Origin: Lama guanicoe
Lineage: Eukaryota
Assembly: GCA_013239625.1 (NCBI GenBank)
Contig: MU054323.1
Location: forward strand, 1,736,001 to 1,800,000
Length of the DNA stretch: 64,000 nucleotides
Direction: 5' to 3'
Shown here: positions 24,511-37,164 of the stretch, piece by piece
How the letters are laid out: each line of letters starts with the position of its first letter
How positions within the stretch are numbered: position 1 is the stretch's first letter
Translations under genes and position numbers: made by a program
The notes under the pieces: generated by a model
The model's input: the letters and a program-made list of their open reading frames with translations, nothing else
Told to the model about the DNA's origin: nothing
The model's database searches: none

Positions 24511-25284
24511 GTAAACATTAAGCCTCTAACTTAAATTACATTCAGCGGTCACATAGTAAACTTCCAGATGTTTCCTTCGTTATGAGAGTAGCGTATGCTT
24601 GTGCTTTAGAGATTACAGAGGACTTTGTAATACTCTCCTTGTGTCTTCCCAACGACCTTGCGACGTGAACTGAAAAGTTCCCTTATCTTTATTTCACAGA
24701 TGTGGAAATGGAGACTCCGAGGCGTCAGGTTCCTTACCCACGTAAGGCCGTGCAGCTGGAGAGCAGTCAGATCATCCCAACTCTTCTGTTCTCTCAGAGA
24801 TTTGTTCTGCTTCTGTTGATGATGGTAGAGAAGCCAAAGCAAGATAAACACTGGGCGGCCAAGGTCGGGGGTTTCATTCGTTTGTTCCTTCACTCACTGT
24901 CATTCCCAGGGACTGCTACTGCGCCCGGAACACACTACATGTCTCAGTAGAGCGCTCAGTGCCTGAATGGGAAGGAGGGTGGATGGAAGAATTTACCGCA
25001 TGTAGTGGAGTAAGAATATCTTACCTGCTTGCACGTTGTCACTGACCCCACCTCTGTGCCACGCCTGCCTTCTCTCAAGGAGGGCAGGGAACACGGGAAG
25101 CCACCGCGCTGTATCATTTCTTCCTTCTTCAGGCACCAGGGAGGGGGCTGGGTGACTGCGTGAGGAACTGACTACTTTCACGTGATCAGATGCCATTCTT
25201 TGCCCTCCCTCTCTCCCCCTCCCCAAATCCTCGCCATCTACCTGACTTTTCCAATGACTTCTGTTCTTATCTTAACTTCCTGGG

Positions 25285-25443
25285 CTGTTTTTTTCTCTCT
25301 GTCTCTTTCTCTGTTTATGTGCGTCTCCCTCTAGGTTTCTTTCTTTCCTTTCCTTCTCTTCTTTTGCTCTTTCTACCCTTTTTCCTTCTCCTTCCCCATT
25401 TCCCCTCCCTTTCTCTTTCCTTCTTTTTTTCTTTTTTTTTTTC
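25285..25443. repeat. CT-rich low-complexity tract
   Basis: Direct observation. Confidence 0.85.
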
Positions 25444-25445
25444 AG

Positions 25446-25600
25446 GGGGGTCCAGTAGGGAATTTCTTCAATGGCTGAGTGGTATGACTAAGGCTATTTC
25501 CACAAAATGATGACCCAGGATTGGTCCTCTTGAGGATTAAGCCCTGCCATGTGTACCTCAGACTAAAATCCATTTTCCACGTGAAATAGCCATATTATTG
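25446..25600 (+). pseudogene. Decayed sushi exon
   Basis: Follows a long Y tract + cag; FFNG..., DPGLVL-GLSPAMCTSD*NPFS. Confidence 0.55.
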
Positions 25601-26699
25601 TTAAAATATTTGGGGGCTGAGCTTTCTGGATGACTGGCTTAATTCTGTACTTTATGCATTATTGAGAATTACTTTACTTATTGCATGATTCTTCTGCACT
25701 AAGGCTATTTCTAAGGAGTATCAGATAACCCAATAACACATCAGCTTTCTCCTTTGCTGAAACTGAATGAGATTTCTGAGAAATACCTTAATTAAAGTTA
25801 TTAGGAGGCAGCTCTGGACTCAGTATGAGTTCTGTTACAGTCTCCCTGCTACTGCTGAGTGTCAGGGTCAGCAGATTTCACAGCCCTTTAACAGGCCTCT
25901 AAGCTTCTGATTCTTCAGCCCCTTCCCCCACCCACCTCCACCCCACCTCACCCCTGCCCCAGCCGCAGGAGTGATTTTTCTAAAAATTCAGATTTTGTGA
26001 GTCTTCTACTTAAAATGTCAATTGGTTCCTTGTCAACAGTGAGGTACTGTTCATACACTTTTTGTGCTGTACAAGGTCCTTCATGACAGCCTGGTCGATC
26101 TCTTTAGACCTGTTGCAACACCTGTCCCTTCCTAACCTTCCATCATCCCAGAACATGCCATGCCTTTCCCAATGCATCATTCTTTTAAAACATGGATGTT
26201 ATTCGAGCCTCCTCTCTTTATGCCCTTTTTCTGCCTCACCTTGTGATGGAGAAGGAGAGGAGGGGTTACTTCCCAGGTCCCAAATTCATCTCCTTCATGA
26301 AACCTTGGTATATTTTGTCATTCAAAGTGAATCTCTCCATCTCCTTGGTGTGTTCCTGCGTTATGGCCTTGCAAATTCTGTCTTGTACTGCAATTATTAT
26401 TATTATTCTTTGATGTGTGTTTATCTCTTTACTGGCCTGAGTTTATGCCTTATTCATCATCTTTCAGGTGTTGTGTTCGGCGCTGGGCACACACTTGCTC
26501 TTTAGGTCTAGGTAGCCACTAGGTTGTTGAATTGAACTCTCCTGTGCTTGGAGTTGGAATGTTCTGTGAAGAGAAAAGTTCCCTCAGTTCTCAGGAGCCA
26601 TATCCCAGGCTATGAATCCAATAGGAAATGAAAGTTTAACATTCATTATCTCATAGTTAAAAGTTCTGACTGAGACTTTATTTTGCAAAGACTTCACAG

Positions 26700-26857
26700 G
26701 AATGCGGAGAATCAAAGCATCTCTTTTGCTTCTATAGAACATAATGACTCAGCCATTGCACCGCCTTCTGTTCTGGTGGCCCAAGGCTCTCAGGATGTGT
26801 GTTTCTGTTTCAGATGGAGTCCTGAGGGTGGCTTTGGGAATTTCTGTCCTCTTCCTG
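26700..26857 (+). pseudogene. Decayed sushi exon
   Basis: Acceptor cttcacag; ECGESKHLFC..SHCTAFCSGGPRLSG-C-SDGV-GNFCPLP; phase-1 donor g/gtaaat. Confidence 0.6.
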
Positions 26858-27703
26858 GTAAATGAATCATTTTGGGCTGTTTTCCCATGAAGAGGAACAT
26901 TCACCACCTCCTCCACTATAAGACATCTAAATTGAGTTTGATTTTTCCAGTGTGATAAATCATGTTTCTGATTTTGTTGATAAAGCTTTATTTCATGCTG
27001 TGTTCAAGGCTGATGACTAACATGGCAAAGGGATACAGCAAGGATTTGGAGTCAGGAGACTTTCATTCTGGGCATATGATTTGGCGCAAGTAATTTACTC
27101 TCTCCAAGGTTCAGTTTCACTTAAAGAATCAGGGTAGTGATGTACCTACCTTAGAGGGCTGCTCGATAGAGCTTACACAGTGGTGTTTGTGAACGGACTT
27201 CTCAGCCTGACAGGGAGGCTGTGGAGGAGTTCCTGGTCTGGAGAAGAGGAGGCTGTGAGGCTGGGATGGCAGTTGAAAAGGACCTTCTCAGGACTGCTGT
27301 TCAAAAGGCTAATGTTTGTGTTTTCTTTTTGTTTGGATCAAGATTAATTGTTATGTTTAGTGCACATGCACATATATATTATTATACCTAAAATTCAACC
27401 TTTTTTGTGTATGCCATGAATCTCTTAGGTACTGGTGAAGGAGATGAACCTGTTTTTAAGCACAAAAAATAAAATGTTAGGTTGTCCAAAGAAAATTATG
27501 TTGAAATGGATGCTTACCTATAGATCCCTTTGGAACTCCTGGACTGCAGCTTAAACACTCTAAGAGCGCCTTAAAAATTTAAACTCCAAAATGGAACTTA
27601 AGAGCCACAGACCCTGACATTCTCACTTTACTGATGGGGAAAATGTGATCTCAAAGAGAGGTCTCCAGAAGTGACCCAGAATCACACAGAGAGTTTTGTT
27701 CAG

Positions 27704-27950
27704 TGGATATTTACAAGAGTATAATGCTTCTGTTTACTCTGCTTCCAGCCCCAAACAAGTCTTGGGATTATTTGCACCTGGGTTCTTGTTTCTAGCTCAT
27801 AACACGGTGGACTTGCTGGGTTGAATGCTATTTGGAGTGATTTACTGGCTGACCATTTCAACCCAAAATGGCCGTCACAAACGGAGACTCCCTGAATATT
27901 CAGTACACCCCACAGAAGTGCATTTGCTCCATCGCGGTTCTCCTACTATT
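27704..27950 (+). pseudogene. Decayed HYR exon
   Basis: Acceptor ttttgttcag; PAPNKSWD, LAHNTVD, TNGDSLNIQYTPQKCICSIAVL. Confidence 0.5.
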
Positions 27951-28172
27951 AATTATTCACGGGCAGAGCACTGACAAATGAATTCTAATTGCAAATAAGA
28001 GCAATTGCTGTCAATTGCATAATTTATGATTCCACTTGTTAAACTAAGACAATGGGAGTTGATGAAAGGCATTAAGTGGCCCCAAATTAAAGTTTATTTG
28101 GGTTCAAAAACTTGTATCTATGTGAGTGTAACTTGAAGTTGTCAGCTTTTCTGAGACCCCCTCCCTTCACAG

Positions 28173-28460
28173 GTGATAAATACACCAGGTACGCTGTGTC
28201 CCATTGGACCCTGAGTCTGGCTGGAGATGCATCATTCTGAGCTTCTGGAGACCTGTGGTCCAGCCTGGGATGAGATTGTCTCTTGCCCTTGGGAGGCTCC
28301 GAGGCTGCTGCCTTTCTCTGTGGCTCAGGATCTGTACTCTGGAGCTTGGCTGCATGAGAGCCCGGCTGGGAGGCTTTGTCTACATTGCAGTCTGACGTTT
28401 TGCTGAAGAGAGTGTGGACAAGATGCCAAAATGGGAACTGGGGAGGTCCACTGGAACTTA
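28173..28460 (+). pseudogene. Decayed sushi exon(s)
   Basis: Acceptor ccccctcccttcacag; VRCVPLDPESGWRC, GSEAAAFLCGSG, TRCQNGNWGGP. Confidence 0.55.
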
Positions 28461-28504
28461 TTTCCTAGAAAAATGAGGAAAATATTTTTCTTCCCATGGG
28501 ACAG

Positions 28505-28760
28505 ATGCTCCCACAGATCAACATGTCTCAGAGGTTAAGATCTGTCTCTGAAATTGTTCACTGCTCTTCCTACAGCGTAACATGAGACAAAGACTGTACC
28601 AAAGATAGAATCTTTGCATAATAAATTACAAGATAGGTTGTTGAAAAAAAAATGGGTCTTAGATTTACCGTGTGTGCAATGAGGTATTTGAGGTTCAAAA
28701 TATGCATTGAAAGTCCATTCCAGGGGTTCGACTTCCTTTTCTCTGAAGAAAGAAAGCTGT
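28505..28760 (+). pseudogene. Decayed HYR exon
   Basis: Acceptor ttttttcttcccatgggacag; LPQI-TCL, SSYSVT*(W), GLRFTV..RYLRF. Confidence 0.45.
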
Positions 28761-29238
28761 TACTAGGAAATATTTGGACATTTAACTTTACAGTTTTGTT
28801 CTTCAAGGGCAAGATTTCACTTAAACACAAGGGAAGGGTCTAGAAATAATATGCTTTGATAGAATTGTGTTTGCTTTATGTTCTGTGATTAATTAATGAG
28901 CAAGAGAATGGTTTCATTGACTTTCAATTACATGTCATGGACTGGAGAGGAGAAATGACTGATGTGGACTGGAGACAGTCTTGCCAAGTCTCACAGGGCA
29001 CCACAGGGGTGTCCGTTCCCTCCCGGGGCAGGGATGACCTGCTGAGCAGTTCTCTGACATCCAGGTCAGGCCAGGCCAGGCAGCATGAGTCCACCAGGAA
29101 GCTGGGGAGACACAGGAAGGCCCTGCACAGCTAGAACCCCCTACATTTGAGGAGCAGAGTAGAGAGGAGACATTCAAAGGGAAGGCTGTTGCCAAGGGAA
29201 AGCCGAGGCCCACTCTGACCACTCCCTGTGCATCGTAG

Positions 29239-29384
29239 AGAAAGATTACGTGTGCTCTACTGCCTGGTGGCTTTTAACGTGTGGGGATGGATTCAGCAGA
29301 GAGGAACTCTTGAAAGAAGAGATGCCCAAGAAGGCATATGGGAGGCCCTGGGCTAGCCAGGCTGGGCTGTGCTCTCTGGCCAGG
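29239..29384 (+). pseudogene. Decayed sushi exon
   Basis: KITCALLP, TCGDGFS, RC-QEGIWE, GLCS. Confidence 0.55.
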
Positions 29385-30611
29385 GTGCCTGTACCAGTGG
29401 GGGGAGCCCCACACCCATGGCTGGTCTCTAGAAACTCCTGTTCAGTTCTATAAATGGCTATTTAGTGCTAATCACTGGGGATACCAACATGACGAGGCAG
29501 GGTCCTAGTGCTTGGGAACCTCACAGTCTCATAAAACTATCACTGGCCAGGCCCTTTGAAGTGGTACCTGACTTAATGTTCACAGCCACCCTTGGGGTAA
29601 GTAGGACTGTTCCTTAAATGGAAAGTCAGAATGGCTTTGCTCACAGCTTGCAAGGGTGAGGCCTGGCCTCACCTCCGTCTTTTGGCTTTGAGACGTGATG
29701 GTGGGAAGAAGATGGAGGAGGCTGGAGCCTAAGCTGCCCAGGGGTGGGTGAGGTGTTGCTCTTCTGTGTGCTACAGATTGCTGAGCATAGCAGCAACTGT
29801 TGCATGTTTTGCTTTCAAAAAGTTGTTATTTGCAAACATCTGGGGTGGAGGTAAGCTGGAGAAGGTTCTAGTTAGACAAGGTGCTGGGATTCACCTCCCC
29901 AAAGAGGCCGCTGCTGATGGGACTGAGGTGGGGGGTGATGCACTCAATGAACTGCAATGTCTGGAAATGCAGCAGACAGGCCTCAAGTGGGATTCTTCTG
30001 AGTCCATTGGTCCTGGACACTGAGGACCTAGGCTTACGGAGGGTAAATGTGAGGTTGGTGGCCCTCTAACTCCCCATGGCTGGACACTGCTTTGCTGTAG
30101 GAGATGCAGACAGACACCCATGCCTCGGGGCTCCTAATCTAGCGGTAGATTGACTTGTGGGCACAAAGGACACTGAGCAAGAACACACATGCCCCACTCT
30201 CCCAACACCTTAGCTCTGGTCATACCCCGACCTCACACTCTCCCTGCAGCTGTAATAATACACTCAAGAGTTCCAAGTACGATTGATATAGTCAGTCATT
30301 CATCCCACAAACATTTTTTGAATACCTGTGATGTCACACCTACAAGACAGAACACTGCGAAAGCAGGAACGTGCATATGTTGTCTGCATTCCTAGCAGCT
30401 GGGTAGGCAGAGGGCACTCAATAAATACTTGTTAGGCGAAGAAATAAATCAGTGAATGAACAAATGCCAGGCACTGGGCCTGGCTAAGTCCTAGGGACAC
30501 AGAGCTCACAGTAATAGGGATATTGAGTACAGAAATGAGTTCAGAACCATGCTATGGGAGCTCAAAAAAGTAGTGAGTAATTCTACAAGAGGTTGGGGAG
30601 AGTATCAGGAA

Positions 30612-30715
30612 AGAGTGCCCACAGAAACACCAAAGCTCACTTACTCTTTAGACTGAAACTCTCGCCTGTTCTGACGCACACACTTGGAAAACATCTCAAA
30701 GGCCATTGCATCTGA
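30612..30715 (+). pseudogene. Decayed sushi C-terminal half
   Basis: ECPQKHQSSLTL*TETLACSDAHTWKTSQRP-CI. Confidence 0.55.
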
Positions 30716-33007
30716 ACACAGCATTGACCCAATCCTCAGTGGATTTTCACAACCACCTGGGATGTGACATCTTCCCATTTGTAAATTAGAAAACTGAAGC
30801 TTAGAGGACATGTAAATTCTCTAGTGTCACTTCGCTCATTAATGCCAGGTCTTTTCACTTAGAGGGTATTTCTGTTAAGAGAAAAAAAAAAACACACATT
30901 TGTTTCGCTATGAGAGGTCTTCACAAGCCATAGCTTTGTGCCCTCGTTTGAAACTATCATCCGGATACAAAAGGGAGGTCTGGCAGGGACACCTAAAGAA
31001 TCACTCGGCCTCTGTTTAAACTAAGAAGCCACAAGCACTGGATGTCACAGGTCTCTCCTGCCACTGCTGGTGACTTCCCAGGGGCCCGGGATGTCTTGAT
31101 TGCACCCGGCAGCTCAGATGAATCTTCGACTCTTGAGTGAGAGTCAAAGCGCAGAGGGTGTATTCCCTGAGGGGTGCCACGCTCACTCCAGGAAGAGGCC
31201 AGCTTTCCTCTGTGTCAGCCGCTTCCTGGGTGTGAAAGAACCACAGGACACAGGGACCACTGGGGTGGAAAAGACCAGAAGCTTTGGAGTCAGACAGATC
31301 TCTTTCTCAGTCCCAGTTTCGCCATTTTCCAACTGTGTGAGCTTGGGTAGATGCCTTACCCTCTTTGACCCTGGGTGCTTCAGTATGGAAATTGTGGCTA
31401 TAGAAAGACTTTAAGATAACACATGACATCCAAGGAATGTAATGATTACGACTGCTCTTAGTGCTACTGTCGCAGAGATGGAGGAGGTAGACATCACAGC
31501 CCTGCCCACCAGCTGTATAGCTTTGTGTCTTCAGGAGTTGCTGTCACACACTTTCTTTGCCTCCATATGAACATATTAATGGGCCAACGGATCTTCGGAA
31601 ACATTAACTGGGGCGTATTTAAAGCTCTTTAATCTGGAGGTGGCTTTCATTCAAGTGGATGCTAGCCCACATCTCACGTGGCTCCCATGATCTTTGTCCT
31701 GCCCATTTGGCCCCTTCTGGTCTCACCCTCTCTGGACCTCACTGACCTCTCTGCTCTCCCTTCCACCATCCTCTCCGAGTCTCATGTTTATCCCACTGCT
31801 CCACCCCGGGAGGCATCTCTGCTTTGGAGGTGGGGCAGGGTGGAAGAGGCAGACAGCCTTGTTTCTTAGCACAGTGTTGGTGCCAGATTATGCCTTGCTC
31901 CAAGTCCTTCTGGGCTTTTGGAAAGTGACATCTGGAGTCCTTGATGTTCTTTTGGAGGCCCTGTCCCATCCTTTCATAGATATATGGGGCCCAAGGGGTC
32001 GAGTGGCTTCCTCATTACCCACAGCGCCACAGAAGCAAAGTCACCATTATTGACGGTGGCTGCCATTCAGAGGGTACTCATCGTGTGACGGTGCTGTCAC
32101 TGCTCTTTCTGTCCACAATCTACTTCAACCATCACAGTAACTGTGGGAGATGAGTATTTCTAACCTCAGCCTACAAGACAGGAAGCTGTGCTAAACCATA
32201 CAGCTAGTGGGCGGCAGAGGTGAGACCCAAACTGTGAATACAGAAGTCTGGCTCTTTCTGCTGCACCAAAATAGCTTTCGATTGAATATGAGAGAGAGAG
32301 AGATTTAGGAAGTAGAGGCAACACTAACCTACTGCACGGCCCTCTAGGTTGCCCTTTCTTGGCTGGTTGAATCAAAGTGGTCTAAGCATGTGCAGGAGGT
32401 CTGGACACTTAGGAGCCTGATGTTGGGTCAATTCACTGAATGTGTAGAACTCAACGTAGCAACGTTTTTGTAACATCTGAGCAGTCTGTGGTGGCACAGG
32501 TGGGGATGCTGTAGTCCTAGTGAACTTAAAAATATCAGGTCTTTCAAACTGGGGAGGTAATGAACTAAATATCTGAAGCATTCTTCATGAGGGGATTAAA
32601 AGAGATGACATCAAAGGTGCTTTCAGATTCTGGCATTCTGCAATTCTAAATCCAACAGATACTCATTGTTATACTAAATTGTAATTAAAAAGACACTGAG
32701 GTCTAATGAGTAGCTAAGCACCGTGTGGAGTAGACCTTGGGTGGGGGTGAAGTGGAAGGGAGGAGAGCAGTATGAACAATGAATACTGACTCTGGAACAA
32801 AGTGTTGCAGATATTTTGTCCAGAAAGAACACGCATGAGTTCATGTACGATGGATGAGACCAGATGTGAGCAAATGGGCTAAGATAATGGGAAGGATTAG
32901 TAAGGCTGAGGGCAGCTTTTCTGGGATATAAAGTTGAGAACAACCTATGGGATTTTGATTTCTAAATCACCTATGGGAAGTGCCCTCCCCCTTTTATTCT
33001 GGGGCAG

Positions 33008-33460
33008 CCGACACCACTGTCGGAGCAGGGGACAAGAAATGGAATCTGACAGTCCCACTCGGTGTCCGGAGGGCTCCGGGTACCGATCCGCAGTGGTGTA
33101 AGTGGGGGTGGGGTGGGCTGGAACAAGGCCCTCCCACTGCAGAAGCGCCGCCCTCCCCAGACCCCACCACGGCCACCCAGCACAGGCCCCGTTTGGGAGA
33201 TGCCCTGGACACTCTTCTTCAAGACTCCACCTTTTACCGAAGCTCAGAGCTGTATCCTCCAAGCAGATTCTTACAGAACATTCAAACTGTCCATCAAAAG
33301 ATTTTAAAATGTAATGAAAGAGTGATGGTGGCATGGACAAGTGGTACTACAGAAGAGGTATAAAATCTCCACTCTTATCAGGGGAGGCAAAATGAAGTCC
33401 TAGGAGGTGGGAACCCAGTAGCCACCAATCAATCAAAGAAATTCTGGCTTTCATTAGAAG
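33008..33460 (+). pseudogene. Decayed sushi end (33008-33097) and HYR exon (33267-~33460)
   Basis: HC-GDKKWNLTVP-RCP with donor gtaagt; NCPSK-ILKCNERVMVAWT, VATNQS. Confidence 0.45.
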
Positions 33461-33655
33461 GAGAGCCAGCTTCAGCCCTGCCTTTTATATGGCTTTTATT
33501 TTAAGCTAAACTGTGTTTCTTCTGCTTCCCCCAACGTCAAGCCCTTTTGCAGACCCCAGCACATCCCCTGTTAGCCACAAGACAGAGCCATCTGAGCACA
33601 GAGGACTCCCACGCACAAGTTGGCTGACTTGGTGCAGTGACAGACAAGGAGAGCG

Positions 33656-34112
33656 TGTGGAAGGCAGAGTAATGTCCCCTGAAGGTCGTCATGCCATCCT
33701 CCCTGGAGCCTGTGAATATGTTACCTTACGTGGCAAAAGAGACTTACAGATGTGATTAAGGTTAAAGATCCAGAGAGGGGAAGAGTTTCCTGTATTATTT
33801 AAATGTGCCCAGTCTACTCACATACATCACTGAAAGTGAAGAACCTTTTCAGATGTCAGAGAACCAGAGAGGTGGCAGCATGAAAAGGATCCAACCTACC
33901 ATTCTTGGCTTTTAAGGTGGAGCCAAGGAATGCAGGCAGCCTCTAGAAGCTGGAAAAGGCAAGGAAACTTCTAGAAAGCTCCCCTGTCAAAACCTTGAGT
34001 TCAGCCCACTAAGACCATATCAGACTTCTGCACCACAGAATTCTAAAGTAAATTTGTATTGTTTAAACTACTGCTGGCAATTAGTTTTACAACAGCATTG
34101 AAAGATAACATA
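33656..34112 (+). mobile_element. MLT1D-like MaLR solo LTR
   Basis: tgtggaaggcagagtaatgtcccc...cctgtgaatatgttaccttacgtggcaaaagagacttacagatgtgattaagg...agccaaggaatgcaggcagcctctagaagctggaaaaggcaaggaa. Confidence 0.88.
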
Positions 34113-34204
34113 GTGTCGGAGCAGAAATTATGTCTAATTTATCTTTCTATTCCCAATTCTCTTTGAATGATGAGTACATGTATGCACTCAGAAAATGTTT
34201 CCTG

Positions 34205-34428
34205 AAAGAAAGAGAGAAAGAGAGGAAGAGAGAAAGAGAGAAAGAAAGAAAGAAAGGGAGAGAGAAAGAAAGGGAGCGAGAAAGAAAGGGAGAGAGAAAG
34301 AAAGGGAGAGAGAGAGAGGAAGAAAGAGAGAGAGAGAGGAAGACAGGAAGGAAGGAATGAAGGAAGGAAGGAAGGAAGGAAGGAAGGAAGGAAGAGAAGA
34401 AAACAAAACAAAGAAAGAGAAAGAAAGA
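34205..34428. repeat. GA-rich / (GGAA)n simple repeat
   Basis: Direct observation; explains the R/E/K-rich and L/S/F-rich ORFs here. Confidence 0.95.
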
Positions 34429-35102
34429 ATTTGAGTTTGACCAAGGGTATTTATTATAAGACTCAATGGCATTAATTTATTCAAAAAATATTTTTTGAGG
34501 CTCCATGTACCCAACACTGTGGCAAATATTAGTGGGGAGACATGGAGGGGTACACGTTTAGGACCCTCCCTTAAGGAGCTTCAATCTAGCACACATATGA
34601 ATCAGAGAAAAACCAAGTGGTAATGTGTGGGTGCCCCAGACCTCAGAGGAGAAAGAGGAGGAAGAGAGGGCCTCAGTGTCCCGCTGGCTGTTGGCTGGGA
34701 ATTGATCTCAACTCCCTTCCATGTGGGATTCTCCAGAAGGTAGCTGACAATGCAACAGCTAGATCCCCCCAGACAGAGCGAGCCAGAGAGATAAGAGAGC
34801 AAGGGAGAGAAGGGGAGAGACTATGTGCTCAAGAAAGAAATCACAGCCCTTCTGTATCTTGATCTTGCAAGTGACATCCTTTTACCTTTGCTGCATTAAT
34901 TCCTTAGAAGTGATTCACCGGGTCGAGCCCACACTCAGGGTGTGAATACTAGGAGGAGGCAGAGGTTGCCTGTCACAGTTGGGCAGACTTACTGGCACCT
35001 TTTTCCTCCATGTGGTAGAAGAGAAGACTTCTCTGAAGGCCGAAGTCTTAGGAAGTAGATGGAACCCATCTTCATTTGTCTGGGAACCGTCACCTCTACC
35101 AT

Positions 35103-35404
35103 ATATATTGCATTTTTACAAATTAAACGTTTATGGCAATCCTGCCATTAAGTAAGTCTATTGATGCCATTGTTTTCAACAGCCGTTGCTCACTTTGTGT
35201 CTCTGTGTCACAGTTTGATGATTTCCACAATAGTTCAAACGTTTTCATTATCATTTTATTTGATATGGTGCTCTGTGATCAGTGATCTTTGATGTTACTA
35301 TTGTCAAAAATTATTACTTGCCGAAGGTTCAGGTAATGGTAAACATTTTTTAGCATCAATGTGCTTTTGAATTAAGGCATGCACATTGTTTTTTAAAATG
35401 TAAT
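35103..35404 (+). mobile_element. Tigger1-derived (TcMar) internally deleted DNA transposon
   Basis: atattgcatttttacaaatt...gctcactttgtgtctctgtgtcaca...tgtgatcagtgatctttgatgttactattgt joined to gaaggttcaggtaatggtaaacattttttagc (Tigger1 left and right ends). Confidence 0.88.
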
Positions 35405-35421
35405 CTTAATGTGGCTGTACT

Positions 35422-35576
35422 AAATTTTGCCGGGACTGATTCCAGCATGGAAAACCTTCAGACGCAGGAGCATCAGAGTGCAAATTCACTTACACGATTT
35501 CATGTCCCTGGAAATCATTACGAGTGCTATGAGAACAGGACATGGAATGGTACAAGTTTCCATAAATGTATTCCTA
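35422..35576 (+). pseudogene. Decayed sushi exon
   Basis: KFCRD*FQHGK...ECKFTY then (frameshift) FHVPGNHYECYENRTWNGTSFHKCIP. Confidence 0.75.
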
Positions 35577-35716
35577 GTGCCTTGGACTAAGAAAAGAGAA
35601 AAAACATGAATTAAGAAATATTGCAATTTCTGCTTGATTGGCTAACAAAATTGAGAGGATGCTGTTTTAACTTTGGGGGTTTTCTGTGCCAAAGAATGTT
35701 GGTATTTTCCTTGCAG

Positions 35717-35962
35717 ATTTCCTTGTAAATCTATATATTATATGCCCACATACAGCAGTGCAGAGTCTCTGTACTTTTGCACTTTTTTTTAGTGCACAGA
35801 AAATTGAAACATAAAATATCAAATAGCCTATTTCTTTCAACCACAGATACAAGTTGAATACATTGCTATATTGTTCTTCAACTTCGTAATGACTTTAGCT
35901 TATTCCAAATGGAAACTGTGTCCAAGAGAAGACAACTGTACTGTGGTAGCAGTGATGGGCTG
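35717..35962 (+). pseudogene. Decayed HYR exon
   Basis: Acceptor attttccttgcag, phase 1 (D)FLVNLYIICPH; ends TLAY-NGN-DNCTVVAV. Confidence 0.55.
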
Positions 35963-36186
35963 GTGACCCTCACTGAGTTTCTTCCCCTCCCTGGGCCTCA
36001 GCTTTCCCCTCTGAAATACGGATTCATTACCCTGAAAGTCTTTCATGACTTCTGAGATTTTTCAGCAGTTGCCAAGCTCCCATGGCCCTCCTTAGAAGGA
36101 ATGTAGTCTCATGAATTTGTTGGAGCTTTGCATGAACCAGCCTCAAATTCAGCCTCAAAGGCCATGACTTTCTGTCTGGGATAAGT

Positions 36187-36307
36187 CAAGGCCACCTCCA
36201 CCTGGCAGGATGCTCCTATGAAGGTGATGTGGGACAAACTGGTTGTGTCAAGTGCTCGGCTGTGAAAGAAGAGCTTCTGGAAGATATCAGGGCAATCTTG
36301 CATCCAG
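36187..36307 (+). pseudogene. Decayed ephrin-receptor-like (GCC2/GCC3) repeat
   Basis: AGCSYEGDVGQTGCVKCSAV matches G.YQ...GQT.C..C; donor cag/gtttt. Confidence 0.7.
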
Positions 36308-37164
36308 GTTTTATTTTTCCAGTTGAATTCTCATACCCTCAGCAAGGTTTCTGCCTTGTCAGCTAAGATTCTGCTATCCCTGTCTGGTTTTTAAGTCTTC
36401 TAATTAGATCGTGATCTCCTTGAGAGGAGTCATGGCGTCCGATTCATCTCTGTGTGCTCCTATGTATAGGACCTTACATATGTATATATACATAATTTTC
36501 TTTCTGTTCAGACCAATTAGTTATATTCTATTTACTTACACATTTTCTTTTAATAAACATTTTTATTGAATCATAAAATATATAAAAGTTCACACATCAA
36601 AGGAGTACAGTTGGATGAATATGAACAAAGTCCTCTGTCCCCAAGCAACCACTAATATACTGTCACAAGAGATTTATTTGACAATTATGGACATTTCATA
36701 TAAATGGAATCTACAATATGTGATCTTTTATGATTAACTTCTTTCACTTAGCATAATGTTCTCAAGGGTCATCCACATTGTAGCATGTAGCATTACTTTA
36801 TTCCTTTTTATTGCTAAATAATACTTAATTGTATGGAGATCCTACATTTTACATATCTACTCATCCGCTGGTGGACAACTGGGTTGTTTCTACTTTTTGA
36901 CTACTTTGAATGGTGATGCTATCATGCATTCATGTGGTAGTTTTGTGACGTCTTCCGTTTTTAAATCTCTTGGGTGTTACCTAAGAGCGGAATTGCTGGA
37001 TTTTATAATAAACCTATGTTTAGCTTTTTAAGAAAAGGCCAAAATTGTTTTTCAAAGCAGCTGCACCATTTTACATTCCCAGCAGCAATGTATGAGGATT
37101 CCAGTTTCTCTGCATTTTCCCCACACATATTTACTGTCTGTCTTTCTGATTCCAGTCATCTTAT

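Noticed and set aside
34130..34517. R/E/K-rich and L/S/F-rich ORFs
   Set aside because: Translations of a GA-rich simple repeat
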